From the human T2T-CHM13v2.0 reference genome, Homo sapiens, in assembly GCF_009914755.1 (NCBI RefSeq), contig NC_060933.1: a stretch of 64,000 nucleotides of DNA, one strand, 5' to 3'. Position numbers and translations under genes: made by a program. Each line of letters opens with the position of its first letter. The stretch's first letter is position 1. The notes below the pieces were generated by a model. It saw only the letters and a program-made list of their open reading frames with translations. It made no database searches and was not told the origin of the DNA. Below, one piece after another: positions 24,001 to 39,000 of this stretch.

Positions 24001-27000
24001 TTGAAAAAGGAAATATCTTCCCATAAAAACTAGACAGAAGCATTCTCAGAAACTTGTTTGTGATGTGTGTATTCAACTAACAGAGATGAACCTTTCTTTC
24101 TACAGAGCAGTTTTGAAACACTCTTTTTGTGGAATCTGAAAGTGGATATTTGGATAGCTTTGAGGATTTCGTTGGAAACGGGATTACATATAAAACCTAG
24201 AGAGAAGCATTCTCAGGAACTTCTTTGTGATGTTTGCATTCACGTCACAGAACTGAACATTCCCTTTCATAGAGCATGTTTGAAACACTCTTTCTGTAGT
24301 ATCTGCAAACGGACATTTCAAACGCTTTCAGGCCTATGGTGAGAAAGGAAATATCTTCAAGTAAAAAGTAGACAGAAGCATTCTCAGAAACTTATTTGCG
24401 ATGTGTGTCCTCAACTAACAGAGTTGAACCTTTCTTTTGATACAACATTTTGGAAACACTCTTTTTGTAGAATCTGCAAGTGGATATTTGGATAGCTTTG
24501 AAGGTTTCGTTGGAAACGGGAATATCTTCATATAAAATCAAGACAGAAGCATTCTCAGAAACTTCTCTGTGATGTCTGCATTCAACTCATAGAGTTGAAC
24601 ACTTCCCTTCATACAGCAGGTTTGAAACACTCTTTTTCTAATATTTGGAAGTGGACATTTGCAGCGCTTTGAGGCCTATGTTGAAAAAGGAAATATCTTC
24701 TCCTAAAAACCAGACAGAAGCATTCTCAGAAACTTCCTTGTGATGTGTGTACTCAAGTAACAGAGTTGAACCTTCCTTTTGACAGAGCAGTTTTGAAGCA
24801 CTCTTTTTGTAGAATCTGCAAGTGGATATTTTGATACCTTTGAGGATTTCGTTGGACACGGGATATCTTCATATAAAATCTAGACAGAAGCATTCTCAGA
24901 AACTTCTTTGTGCTGTATGTCCTCAATTAACAGAGTTGAACCTTTGTGTGGATACAGCATTTTGGAAACATTCCTTTAGTAGAATCTGCAAGTTGATATT
25001 TAGATAGCTAGGAAGATTTCCTTGGAAACGGGAATATCTTCATATAAAATCTAGACGGAAGCATTCTCAGAAAGTGCTTTGTGATGTTTGCATTCAAGTC
25101 ACAGAGTTGAATATTCCCTTTTATAGAGCAGGTTTGAAACACTCTTTCTGCACTACCTGGAAGTGGACATTTGGAGCGCTTTGAGGCCTATGTTGAAAAA
25201 GGAAATATCTTCCCATAAAAACTAGACAGAAGCATTCTCAGAAACTAGTTTGTGATGTGTGTATTCAACTAACAGAGATGAACCTTTCTTTTTACAGAGC
25301 AGTTTTGAAACACTCTTTTTGTGGAATCTGAAAGTGGATATTTGGATAGCTTTGAGGATTTCGTTGGAAACGGGATTACATATAAAACCTAGAGAGAAGC
25401 ATTCTCAGGAACTTCTTTGTGATGTTTGCATTCAAGTCACAGGACTGAACATTCCCTTTCATAGAGCAGGTTTGAAACACTCTTTCTGTAGTATCTGCAA
25501 GCTGACGTTTCAAGCGCTTTCAGGCCTATGGTGAGAAAGGAAATATCTTCAAGTAAAAACTAGACAGAAGCATTCTCAGAAACTTATTTGCCATGTGTGT
25601 TCTCAACTAACAGAGTTGAACCTTTGTTTTGATACGGCATTTTGGAAACACTCTTTTTGTAGAATCTGCAGGTGGATATTCGGATAGCTTTGAAGGTTTC
25701 GTTGGAAACGGGAATATCTTCATATAAAATCTAGACGGAAGCATTCTCAGAAACTGCTTTGTGATGTTTTCATTCAAGTCACAGAGTAGAATGTTCCCTG
25801 TTATATACCAGGTTTGAGACACTCTTTCTGCACTACCTGGAAGTGGACATTTGCAGCGCTTTGAGGCCTATGATGAAAAAGGAAATATCTTCCCATAAAA
25901 ACTAGACAGAAGCATTCTCAGAAACTTGTTTGTGATGTGTGTATTCAACTAACAGAGATGAACCTTTCTTTTTAAAGAGCAGTTTTGAAACACTCTTTTT
26001 GTGGAATCTGAAAGTGGATATTTGGATAGCTTTGAGGATTTCGTTGGAAACGGGATTACATATAAAATCTAGAGAGAAGCATTCTCAGGAACTTCTTTGT
26101 GATGTTTGCATTCACGTCACAGAACTGAACATTCCCTTTCATAGAGCATGTTTGAAACACTCTTTCTATAGTATCTGCAAACGGACATTTCAAACGCTTT
26201 CAGGCCTATGGTGAGAAAGGAAATATCTTCAAATAAAAACTAGACAGAAGCATTCTCAGAAACTTATTTGCGATGTGTGTCCTCAACTAACAGAGTTGAA
26301 CCTTTCTTTTGATACAACATTTTGGAAACACTCTTTTTGTAGAATCTGCAAGTGGATATTTGAATAGCTTTGAAGGTTTCGTTGGAAACGGGAATATCTT
26401 CATATAAAATCAAGACAGAAGCATTCTCAGAAACTTCTCTGTGATGTTTGCATTCAACTCATAGAGTTGAACACTTCCCTTCATACAGCAGGTTTGAAAC
26501 ACTCTTTTTGTAATATTTGGAAGTGGACATTTGCAGCGCTTTGAGGCCTATGTTGAAAAAGGAAATATCTTCTCCTAAAAACCAGACAGAAGCATTCTCA
26601 GAAACTTCCTTGTGATGTGTGTACTCAAGTAACAGAGTTGAACCTTCCTTTTTACAGAGCAGTTTTGAAACACTCTTTTTGTGGAATCTGAAAGTGGATA
26701 TTTGGATAGCTTTGCGGATTTCGTTATAAACGGGATTACATATAAAATCTAGGGAGAAGCATTCTCAGGAACTTCTTTGTGATGTTTGCATTCAAGTCAC
26801 AGAACTGAACATTCCCTTTCATAGAGCAGGTTTGAAACACTCTTTCTGTAGTATCTGCAAGCGGACGTTTTAAGCGCTTTCAGGCCTGTGGTGAGAAAGG
26901 AAATATCTTCAAATAAAAACTAGACAGAAGCATTCTCAGAAACTTATTTGCGATGTGTGTCCTCAACTAACAGAGTTGAACCTTTCTTTTGATACAACAT

Positions 27001-30000
27001 TTTGGAAACACTCTTTTTGTAGAATCTGCAAGTGGATATTTGGATAGCTTTGAAGGTTTCGTTGGAAACGGGAATATCTTCATATGAAATCAAGACAGAA
27101 GCATTCTCAGAAACTTCTCTGTGATGTTTGCATTCAACTCATAGAGTTGAACACTTCCCTTCATACAGCAGGTTTGAAACACTCTTTTTCTAATATTTGG
27201 AAGTGGACATTTGCAGCGCTTTGAGGCCTATGTTGAAAAAGGAAATATCTTCTCCTAAAAACCAGACAGAAGCATTCTCAGAAACTTCCTTGTGATGTGT
27301 GTACTCAAGTAACAGAGTTGAACCTTCCTTTTGACAGAGCAGTTTTGAAGCACTCTTTTTGTAGAATCTGCAAGTGGATATTTTGATACCTTTGAGGATT
27401 TCGTTGGACACGGGATATCTTCATATAAAATCTAGACAGAAGCATTCTCAGAAACTTCTTTGTGCTGTATGTCCTCAATTAACAGAGTTGAACCTTTGTG
27501 TGGATACAGCATTTTGGAAACATTCCTTTAGTAGAATCTGCAAGTTGATATTTAGATAGCTAGGAAGATTTCCTTGGAAACGGGAATATCTTCATATAAA
27601 ATCTAGACGGAAGCATTCTCAGAAAGTGCTTTGTGATGTTTGCATTCAAGTCACAGAGTTGAATATTCCCTTTTAATAGAGCAGGTTTGAAACACTCTTT
27701 CTGCACTACCTGGAAGTGGACATTTGGAGCGCTTTGAGGCCTATGTTGAAAAAGGAAATATCTTCCCATAAAAACTAGACAGAAGCATTCTCAGAAACTT
27801 GTTTGTGATGTGTGTATTCAACTAACAGAGATGAACCTTTCTTTTTACAGAGCAGTTTTGAAACACTCTTTTTGTGGAATCTGAAAGTGGATATTTGGAT
27901 AGCTTTGAGGATTTCGTTGGAAACGGGATTACATATAAAACCTAGAGAGAAGCATTCTCAGGAACTTCTTTGTGATGTTTGCATTCAAGTCACAGAACTG
28001 AACATTCCCTTTCATAGAGCAGGTTTGAAACACTCTTTCTGTAGTATCTGCAAGCTGACGTTTCAAGCGCTTTCAGGCCTATCGTGAGAAAGGAAATATC
28101 TTCAAGGAAAAACTAGACAGAAGCATTCTCAGAAACTTATTTGCCATGTGTGTTCTCAACTAACAGAGTTGAACCTTTGTTTTGATACGGCATTTTGGAA
28201 ACACTCTTTTTGTAGAATCTGCAGGTGGATATTCGGATAGCTTTGAAGGTTTCGTTGGAAACGGGAATATCTTCATATAAAATCTAGACGGAAGCATTCT
28301 CAGAAACTGCTTTGTGATGTTTTCATTCAAGTCACAGAGTAGAATGTTCCCTGTTATATACCAGGTTTGAGACACTCTTTCTGCACTACCTGGAAGTGGA
28401 CGTTTGGAGCGCTTTGAGGCCTATGTTGAAAAAGGAAATATCTTCCCATAAAAACTAGACAGAAGCATTCTCAGAAACTTGTTTGTGATGTGTGTATTCA
28501 ACTAACAGAGATGAACCTTTCTTTTTACAGAGCAGTTTTGAAACACTCTTTTTGTGGAATCTGAAAGTGGATATTTGGATAGCTTTGAGGATTTCGTTGG
28601 AAACGGGATTACATATAAAACCTAGAGAGAAGCATTCTCAGGAACTGCTTTGTGATGTTTGCATTCAAGTCACAGAACTGAACATTCCCTTTCATAGAGC
28701 AGGTTTGAAACACTCTTTCTGTAGTATCTGCAAGCTGACGTTTCAAGCGCTTTCAGGCCTATGGTGAGAAAGGAAATATCTTCAAGTAAAAACTAGACAA
28801 AAGCATTCTCAGAAACTTATTTGCCATGTGTGTTCTCAACTAACAGAGTTGAACCTTTCTGTGGATACGGCATTTTGGAAACACTCTTTTTGTAGAATCT
28901 GCAGGTGGATATTCGGATAGCTTTGAAGGTTTCGTTGGAAACGGGAATATCTTCATATAAAATCTAGACGGAAGCATTCTCAGAAACTGCTTTGTGATGT
29001 TTTCATTCAAGTCACAGAGTAGAATGTTCCCTGTTATATACCAGGTTTGAGACACTCTTTCTGCACTACCTGGAAGTGGACGTTTGGAGCGCTTTGAGGC
29101 CTATGTTGAAAAAGGAAATATCTTCCCATAAAAACTAGACAGAAGCATTCTCAGAAACTTGTTTGTGATGTGTGTATTCAACTAACAGAGATGAACCTTT
29201 CTTTCTACAGAGCAGTTTTGAAACACTCTTTTTGTGGAATCTGAAAGTGGATATTTGGATAGCTTTGAGGATTTCGTTGGAAACGGGATTACATATAAAA
29301 CCTAGAGAGAAGCATTCTCAGGAACTTCTTTGTGATGTTTGCATTCACGTCACAGAACTGAACATTCCCTTTCATAGAGCATGTTTGAAACACTCTTTCT
29401 GTAGTATCTGCAAACGGACATTTCAAACGCTTTCAGGCCTATGGTGAGAAAGGAAATATCTTCAAGTAAAAAGTAGACAGAAGCATTCTCAGAAACTTAT
29501 TTGCGATGTGTGTCCTCAACTAACAGAGTTGAACCTTTCTTTTGATACAACATTTTGGAAACACTCTTTTTGTAGAATCTGCAAGTGGATATTTGGATAG
29601 CTTTGAAGGTTTCGTTGGAAACGGGAATATCTTCATATAAAATCAAGACAGAAGCATTCTCAGAAACTTCTCTGTGATGTCTGCATTCAACTCATAGAGT
29701 TGAACACTTCCCTTCATACAGCAGGTTTGAAACACTCTTTTTCTAATATTTGGAAGTGGACATTTGCAGCGCTTTGAGGCCTATGTTGAAAAAGGAAATA
29801 TCTTCTCCTAAAAACCAGACAGAAGCATTCTCAGAAACTTCCTTGTGATGTGTGTACTCAAGTAACAGAGTTGAACCTTCCTTTTGACAGAGCAGTTTTG
29901 AAGCACTCTTTTTGTAGAATCTGCAAGTGGATATTTTGATACCTTTGAGGATTTCGTTGGACACGGGATATCTTCATATAAAATCTAGACAGAAGCATTC

Positions 30001-33000
30001 TCAGAAACTTCTTTGTGCTGTATGTCCTCAATTAACAGAGTTGAACCTTTGTGTGGATACAGCATTTTGGAAACATTCCTTTAGTAGAATCTGCAAGTTG
30101 ATATTTAGATAGCTAGGAAGATTTCCTTGGAAACGGGAATATCTTCATATAAAATCTAGACGGAAGCATTCTCAGAAAGTGCTTTGTGATGTTTGCATTC
30201 AAGTCACAGAGTTGAATATTCCCTTTTATAGAGCAGGTTTGAAACACTCTTTCTGCACTACCTGGAAGTGGACATTTGGAGCGCTTTGAGGCCTATGTTG
30301 AAAAAGGAAATATCTTCCCATAAAAACTAGACAGAAGCATTCTCAGAAACTAGTTTGTGATGTGTGTATTCAACTAACAGAGATGAACCTTTCTTTTTAC
30401 AGAGCAGTTTTGAAACACTCTTTTTGTGGAATCTGAAAGTGGATATTTGGATAGCTTTGAGGATTTCGTTGGAAACGGGATTACATATAAAACCTAGAGA
30501 GAAGCATTCTCAGGAACTTCTTTGTGATGTTTGCATTCAAGTCACAGGACTGAACATTCCCTTTCATAGAGCAGGTTTGAAACACTCTTTCTGTAGTATC
30601 TGCAAGCTGACGTTTCAAGCGCTTTCAGGCCTATGGTGAGAAAGGAAATATCTTCAAGTAAAAACTAGACAGAAGCATTCTCAGAAACTTATTTGCCATG
30701 TGTGTTCTCAACTAACAGAGTTGAACCTTTGTTTTGATACGGCATTTTGGAAACACTCTTTTTGTAGAATCTGCAGGTGGATATTCGGATAGCTTTGAAG
30801 GTTTCGTTGGAAACGGGAATATCTTCATATAAAATCTAGACGGAAGCATTCTCAGAAACTGCTTTGTGATGTTTTCATTCAAGTCACAGAGTAGAATGTT
30901 CCCTGTTATATACCAGGTTTGAGACACTCTTTCTGCACTACCTGGAAGTGGACATTTGCAGCGCTTTGAGGCCTATGATGAAAAAGGAAATATCTTCCCA
31001 TAAAAACTAGACAGAAGCATTCTCAGAAACTTGTTTGTGATGTGTGTATTCAACTAACAGAGATGAACCTTTCTTTTTACAGAGCAGTTTTGAAACACTC
31101 TTTTTGTGGAATCTGAAAGTGGATATTTGGATAGCTTTGAGGATTTCGTTGGAAACGGGATTACATATAAAATCTAGAGAGAAGCATTCTCAGGAACTTC
31201 TTTGTGATGTTTGCATTCACGTCACAGAACTGAACATTCCCTTTCATAGAGCATGTTTGAAACACTCTTTCTGTAGTATCTGCAAACGGACATTTCAAAC
31301 GCTTTCAGGCCTATGGTGAGAAAGGAAATATCTTCAAATAAAAACTAGACAGAAGCATTCTCAGAAACTTATTTGCGATGTGTGTCCTCAACTAACAGAG
31401 TTGAACCTTTCTTTTGATACAACATTTTGGAAACACTCTTTTTGTAGAATCTGCAAGTGGATATTTGAATAGCTTTGAAGGTTTCGTTGGAAACGGGAAT
31501 ATCTTCATATAAAATCAAGACAGAAGCATTCTCAGAAACTTCTCTGTGATGTTTGCATTCAACTCATAGAGTTGAACACTTCCCTTCATACAGCAGGTTT
31601 GAAACACTCTTTTTGTAATATTTGGAAGTGGACATTTGCAGCGCTTTGAGGCCTATGTTGAAAAAGGAAATATCTTCTCCTAAAAACCAGACAGAAGCAT
31701 TCTCAGAAACTTCCTTGTGATGTGTGTACTCAAGTAACAGAGTTGAACCTTCCTTTTTACAGAGCAGTTTTGAAACACTCTTTTTGTGGAATCTGAAAGT
31801 GGATATTTGGATAGCTTTGCGGATTTCGTTATAAACGGGATTACATATAAAATCTAGGGAGAAGCATTATCAGGAACTTCTTTGTGATGTTTGCATTCAA
31901 GTCACAGAACTGAACATTCCCTTTCATAGAGCAGGTTTGAAACACTCTTTCTGTAGTATCTGCAAGCGGACGTTTTAAGCGCTTTCAGGCCTGTGGTGAG
32001 AAAGGAAATATCTTCAAATAAAAACTAGACAGAAGCATTCTCAGAAACTTATTTGCGATGTGTGTCCTCAACTAACAGAGTTGAACCTTTCTTTTGATAC
32101 AACATTTTGGAAACACTCTTTTTGTAGAATCTGCAAGTGGATATTTGGATAGCTTTGAAGGTTTCGTTGGAAACGGGAATATCTTCATATGAAATCAAGA
32201 CAGAAGCATTCTCAGAAACTTCTCTGTGATGTTTGCATTCAACTCATAGAGTTGAACACTTCCCTTCATACAGCAGGTTTGAAACACTCTTTTTCTAATA
32301 TTTGGAAGTGGACATTTGCAGCGCTTTGAGGCCTATGTTGAAAAAGGAAATATCTTCTCCTAAAAACCAGACAGAAGCATTCTCAGAAACTTCCTTGTGA
32401 TGTGTGTACTCAAGTAACAGAGTTGAACCTTCCTTTTGACAGAGCAGTTTTGAAGCACTCTTTTTGTAGAATCTGCAAGTGGATATTTTGATACCTTTGA
32501 GGATTTCGTTGGACACGGGATATCTTCATATAAAATCTAGACAGAAGCATTCTCAGAAACTTCTTTGTGCTGTATGTCCTCAATTAACAGAGTTGAACCT
32601 TTGTGTGGATACAGCATTTTGGAAACATTCCTTTAGTAGAATCTGCAAGTTGATATTTAGATAGCTAGGAAGATTTCCTTGGAAACGGGAATATCTTCAT
32701 ATAAAATCTAGACGGAAGCATTCTCAGAAAGTGCTTTGTGATGTTTGCATTCAAGTCACAGAGTTGAATATTCCCTTTTATAGAGCAGGTTTGAAACACT
32801 CTTTCTGCACTACCTGGAAGTGGACATTTGGAGCGCTTTGAGGCCTATGTTGAAAAAGGAAATATCTTCCCATAAAAACTAGACAGAAGCATTCTCAGAA
32901 ACTTGTTTGTGATGTGTGTATTCAACTAACAGAGATGAACCTTTCTTTTTACAGAGCAGTTTTGAAACACTCTTTTTGTGGAATCTGAAAGTGGATATTT

Positions 33001-36000
33001 GGATAGCTTTGAAGATTTCGTTGGAAACGGGATTACATATAAAACCTAGAGAGAAGCATTCTCAGGAACTTCTTTTTGATGTTTGCCTTCAAGTCACAGG
33101 ACTGAACATTCCCTTTCATAGAGCAGGTTTGAAACACTCTTTCTGTAGTATCTGCAAGCTGACGTTTCAAGCGCTTTCAGGCCTATGGTGAGAAAGGAAA
33201 TATCTTCAAGTAAAAACTAGACAGAAGCATTCTCAGAAACTTATTTGCCATGTGTGTTCTCAACTAACAGAGTTGAACCTTTGTTTTGATACGGCATTTT
33301 GGAAACACTCTTTTTGTAGAATCTGCAGGTGGATATTCGGATAGCTTTGAAGGTTTCGTTGGAAACGGGAATATCTTCATATAAAATCTAGACGGAAGCA
33401 TTCTCAGAAACTGCTTTGTGATGTTTTCATTCAAGTCACAGAGTAGAATGTTCCCTGTTATATACCAGGTTTGAGACACTCTTTCTGCACTACCTGGAAG
33501 TGGACATTTGCAGCGCTTTGAGGCCTATGATGAAAAAGGAAATATCTTCCCATAAAAACTAGACAGAAGCATTCTCAGAAACTTGTTTGTGATGTGTGTA
33601 TTCAACTAACAGAGATGAACCTTTCTTTTTACAGAGCAGTTTTGAAACACTCTTTTTGTGGAATCTGAAAGTGGATATTTGGATAGCTTTGAGGATTTCG
33701 TTGGAAACGGGATTACATATAAAATCTAGAGAGAAGCATTCTCAGGAACTTCTTTGTGATGTTTGCATTCACGTCACAGAACTGAACATTCCCTTTCATA
33801 GAGCATGTTTGAAACACTCTTTCTGTAGTATCTGCAAACGGACATTTCAAACGCTTTCAGGCCTATGGTGAGAAAGGAAATATCTTCAAATAAAAACTAG
33901 ACAGAAGCATTCTCAGAAACTTATTTGCGATGTGTGTCCTCAACTAACAGAGTTGAACCTTTCTTTTGATACAACATTTTGGAAACACTCTTTTTGTAGA
34001 ATCTGCAAGTGGATATTTGAATAGCTTTGAAGGTTTCGTTGGAAACGGGAATATCTTCATATAAAATCAAGACAGAAGCATTCTCAGAAACTTCTCTGTG
34101 ATGTTTGCATTCAACTCATAGAGTTGAACACTTCCCTTCATACAGCAGGTTTGAAACACTCTTTTTGTAATATTTGGAAGTGGACATTTGCAGCGCTTTG
34201 AGGCCTATGTTGAAAAAGGAAATATCTTCTCCTAAAAACCAGACAGAAGCATTCTCAGAAACTTCCTTGTGATGTGTGTACTCAAGTAACAGAGTTGAAC
34301 CTTCCTTTTTACAGAGCAGTTTTGAAACACTCTTTTTGTGGAATCTGAAAGTGGATATTTGGATAGCTTTGCGGATTTCGTTATAAACGGGATTACATAT
34401 AAAATCTAGGGAGAAGCATTCTCAGGAACTTCTTTGTGATGTTTGCATTCAAGTCACAGAACTGAACATTCCCTTTCATAGAGCAGGTTTGAAACACTCT
34501 TTCTGTAGTATCTGCAAGCGGACGTTTTAAGCGCTTTCAGGCCTGTGGTGAGAAAGGAAATATCTTCAAATAAAAACTAGACAGAAGCATTCTCAGAAAC
34601 TTATTTGCGATGTGTGTCCTCAACTAACAGAGTTGAACCTTTCTTTTGATACAACATTTTGGAAACACTCTTTTTGTAGAATCTGCAAGTGGATATTTGG
34701 ATAGCTTTGAAGGTTTCGTTGGAAACGGGAATATCTTCATATGAAATCAAGACAGAAGCATTCTCAGAAACTTCTCTGTGATGTTTGCATTCAACTCATA
34801 GAGTTGAACACTTCCCTTCATACAGCAAGTTTGAAACACTCTTTTTCTAATATTTGGAAGTGGACATTTGCAGCGCTTTGAGGCCTATGTTGAAAAAGGA
34901 AATATCTTCTCCTAAAAACCAGACAGAAGCATTCTCAGAAACTTCCTTGTGATGTGTGTACTCAAGTAACAGAGTTGAACCTTCCTTTTGACAGAGCAGT
35001 TTTGAAGCACTCTTTTTGTAGAATCTGCAAGTGGATATTTTGATACCTTTGAGGATTTCGTTGGACACGGGATATCTTCATATAAAATCTAGACAGAAGC
35101 ATTCTCAGAAACTTCTTTGTGCTGTATGTCCTCAATTAACAGAGTTGAACCTTTGTGTGGATACAGCATTTTGGAAACATTCCTTTAGTAGAATCTGCAA
35201 GTTGATATTTAGATAGCTAGGAAGATTTCCTTGGAAACGGGAATATCTTCATATAAAATCTAGACGGAAGCATTCTCAGAAAGTGCTTTGTGATGTTTGC
35301 ATTCAAGTCACAGAGTTGAATATTCCCTTTTATAGAGCAGGTTTGAAACACTCTTTCTGCACTACCTGGAAGTGGACATTTGGAGCGCTTTGAGGCCTAT
35401 GTTGAAAAAGGAAATATCTTCCCATAAAAACTAGACAGAAGCATTCTCAGAAACTTGTTTGTGATGTGTGTATTCAACTAACAGAGATGAACCTTTCTTT
35501 TTACAGAGCAGTTTTGAAACACTCTTTTTGTGGAATCTGAAAGTGGATATTTGGATAGCTTTGAGGATTTCGTTGGAAACGGGATTACATATAAAACCTA
35601 GAGAGAAGCATTCTCAGGAACTTCTTTGTGATGTTTGCATTCAAGTCACAGAACTGAACATTCCCTTTCATAGAGCAGGTTTGAAACACTCTTTCTGTAG
35701 TATCTGCAAGCTGACGTTTCAAGCGCTTTCAGGCCTATGGTGAGAAAGGAAATATCTTCAAGTAAAAACTAGACAGAAGCATTCTCAGAAACTTATTTGC
35801 CATGTGTGTTCTCAACTAACAGAGTTGAACCTTTGTTTTGATATGGCATTTTGGAAACACTCTTTTTGTAGAATCTGCAGGTGGATATTCGGATAGCTTT
35901 GAAGGTTTCGTTGGAAACGGGAATATCTTCATATAAAATCTAGACGGAAGCATTCTGAGAAACTGCTTTGTGATGTTTTCATTCAAGTCACAGAGTAGAA

Positions 36001-39000
36001 TGTTCCCTGTTATATACCAGGTTTGAGACACTCTTTCTGCACTACCTGGAAGTGGACATTTGCAGCGCTTTGAGGCCTATGATGAAAAAGGAAATATCTT
36101 CCCATAAAAACTAGACAGAAGCATTCTCAGAAACTTGTTTGTGATGTGTGTATTCAACTAACAGAGATGAACCTTTCTTTTTACAGAGCAGTTTTGAAAC
36201 ACTCTTTTTGTGGAATCTGAAAGTGGATATTTGGATAGCTTTGAGGATTTCGTTGGAAACGGGATTACATATAAAACCTAGAGAGAAGCATTCTCAGGAA
36301 CTTCTTTGTGATGTTTGCATTCACGTCACAGAACTGAACATTCCCTTTCATAGAGCATGTTTGAAACACTCTTTCTGTAGTATCTGCAAACGGACATTTC
36401 AAACGCTTTCAGGCCTATGGTGAGAAAGGAAATATCTTCAAATAAAAACTAGACAGAAGCTTTCTCAGAAACTTATTTGCGATGTGTGTCCTCAACTAAC
36501 AGAGTTGAACCTTTCTTTTGATACAACATTTTGGAAACACTCTTTTTGTAGAATCTGCAAGTGGATATTTGAATAGCTTTGAAGGTTTCGTTGGAAACGG
36601 GAATATCTTCATATAAAATCAAGACAGAAGCATTCTCAGAAACTTCTCTGTGATGTTTGCATTCAACTCATAGAGTTGAACACTTCCCTTCATACAGCAG
36701 GTTTGAAACACTCTTTTTGTAATATTTGGAAGTGGACATTTGCAGCGCTTTGAGGCCTATGATGAAAAAGGTAATATCTTCCCATAAAAACTAGACAGAA
36801 GCATTCTCAGAAACTTGTTTGTGATGTGTGTATTCAACTAACAGAGATGAACCTTTCTTTTTACAGAGCAGTTTTGAAACACTCTTTTTGTGGAATCTGA
36901 AAGTGGATATTTGGATAGCTTTGCGGATTTCGTTGGAAACGGGATTACATATAAAATCTAGGGAGAAGCATTCTCAGGAACTTCTTTGTGATGTTTGCAT
37001 TCAAGTCACAGAACTGAACATTCCCTTTCATAGAGCAGGTTTGAAACACTCTTTCTGTAGTATCTGCAAGCGGACGTTTTAAGCGCTTTCAGGCCTGTGG
37101 TGAGAAAGGAAATATCTTCAAATAAAAACTAGACAGAAGCATTCTCAGAAACTTATTTGCGATGTGTGTCCTCAACTAACAGAGTTGAACCTTTCTTTTG
37201 ATACAACATTTTGGAAACACTCTTTTTGTAGAATCTGCAAGTGGATATTTGGATAGCTTTGAAGGTTTCGTTGGAAACGGGAATATCTTCATATGAAATC
37301 AAGACAGAAGCATTCTCAGAAACTTCTCTGTGATGTTTGCATTCAACTCATAGAGTTGAACACTTCCCTTCATACAGCAGGTTTGAAACACTCTTTTTCT
37401 AATATTTGGAAGTGGACATTTGCAGCGCTTTGAGGCCTATGTTGAAAAAGGAAATATCTTCTCCTAAAAACCAGACAGAAGCATTCTCAGAAACTTCCTT
37501 GTGATGTGTGTACTCAAGTAACAGAGTTGAACCTTCCTTTTGACAGAGCAGTTTTGAAGCACTCTTTTTGTAGAATCTGCAAGTGGATATTTTGATACCT
37601 TTGAGGATTTCGTTGGACACGGGATATCTTCATATAAAATCTAGACAGAAGCATTCTCAGAAACTTCTTTGTGCTGTATGTCCTCAATTAACAGAGTTGA
37701 ACCTTTGTGTGGATACAGCATTTTGGAAACATTCCTTTAGTAGAATCTGCAAGTTGATATTTAGATAGCTAGGAAGATTTCCTTGGAAACGGGAATATCT
37801 TCATATAAAATCTAGACGGAAGCATTCTCAGAAAGTGCTTTGTGATGTTTGCATTCAAGTCACAGAGTTGAATATTCCCTTTTATAGAGCAGGTTTGAAA
37901 CACTCTTTCTGCACTACCTGGAAGTGGACATTTGGAGCGCTTTGAGGCCTATGTTGAAAAAGGAAATATCTTCCCATAAAAACTAGACAGAAGCATTCTC
38001 AGAAACTAGTTTGTGATGTGTGTATTCAACTAACAGAGATGAACCTTTCTTTTTACAGAGCAGTTTTGAAACACTCTTTTTGTGGAATCTGAAAGTGGAT
38101 ATTTGGATAGCTTTGAGGATTTCGTTGGAAACGGGATTACATATAAAACCTAGAGAGAAGCATTCTCAGGAACTCCTTTGTGATGTTTGCCTTCAAGTCA
38201 CAGGACTGAACATTCCCTTTCATAGAGCAGGTTTGAAACATTCTTTCTGTAGTATCTGCAAGCTGACGTTTCAAGCGCTTTCAGGCCTATGGTGAGAAAG
38301 GAAATATCTTCAAGCAAAAACTAGACAGAAGCATTCTCAGAAACTTATTTGCCATGTGTGTTCTCAACTAACAGAGTTGAACCTTTGTTTTGATACGGCA
38401 TTTTGGAAACACTCTTTTTGTAGAATCTGCAGGTGGATATACGGATAGCTTTGAAGGTTTCGTTGGAAACGGGAATATCTTCATATAAAGTCTAGACGGA
38501 AGCATTCTCAGAAACTGCTTTGTGATGTTTTCATTCAAGTCACAGAGTAGAATGTTCGCTGTTATATACCAGGTTTGAGACACTCTTTCTGCACTACCTG
38601 GAAGTGGACGTTTGGAGCGCTTTGAGCCCTATGTTGAAAAAGGAAATATCTTCCCATAAAAACTAGACAGAAGCATTCTCAGAAACTTGTTTGTGATGTG
38701 TGTATTCAACTAACAGAGATGAACCTTTCTTTTTACAGAGCAGTTTTGAAACACTCTTTTTGTGGAATCTGAAAGTGGATATTTGGATAGCTTTGAGGAT
38801 TTCGTTGGAAACGGGATTACATATAAAATCTAGAGAGATGCATTCTTAGGAACTTCTTTGTGATGTTTGCATTCAAGTCACAGAACTGAACATTCCCTTT
38901 CATAGAGCATGTTTGAAACACTCTTTCTGTAGTATCTGCAAACGGACATTTCAAACGCTTTCAGGCCTATGGTGAGAAAGGAAATATCTTCAAATAAAAA

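Noticed and set aside
27671-27680. 1-bp A insertion (TTTTAATAGA) producing the unique ORF 27560-27769
   Set aside because: It is a singleton indel next to a homopolymer, so it could be a private mutation or a consensus error; the ORF is just a frameshift product.
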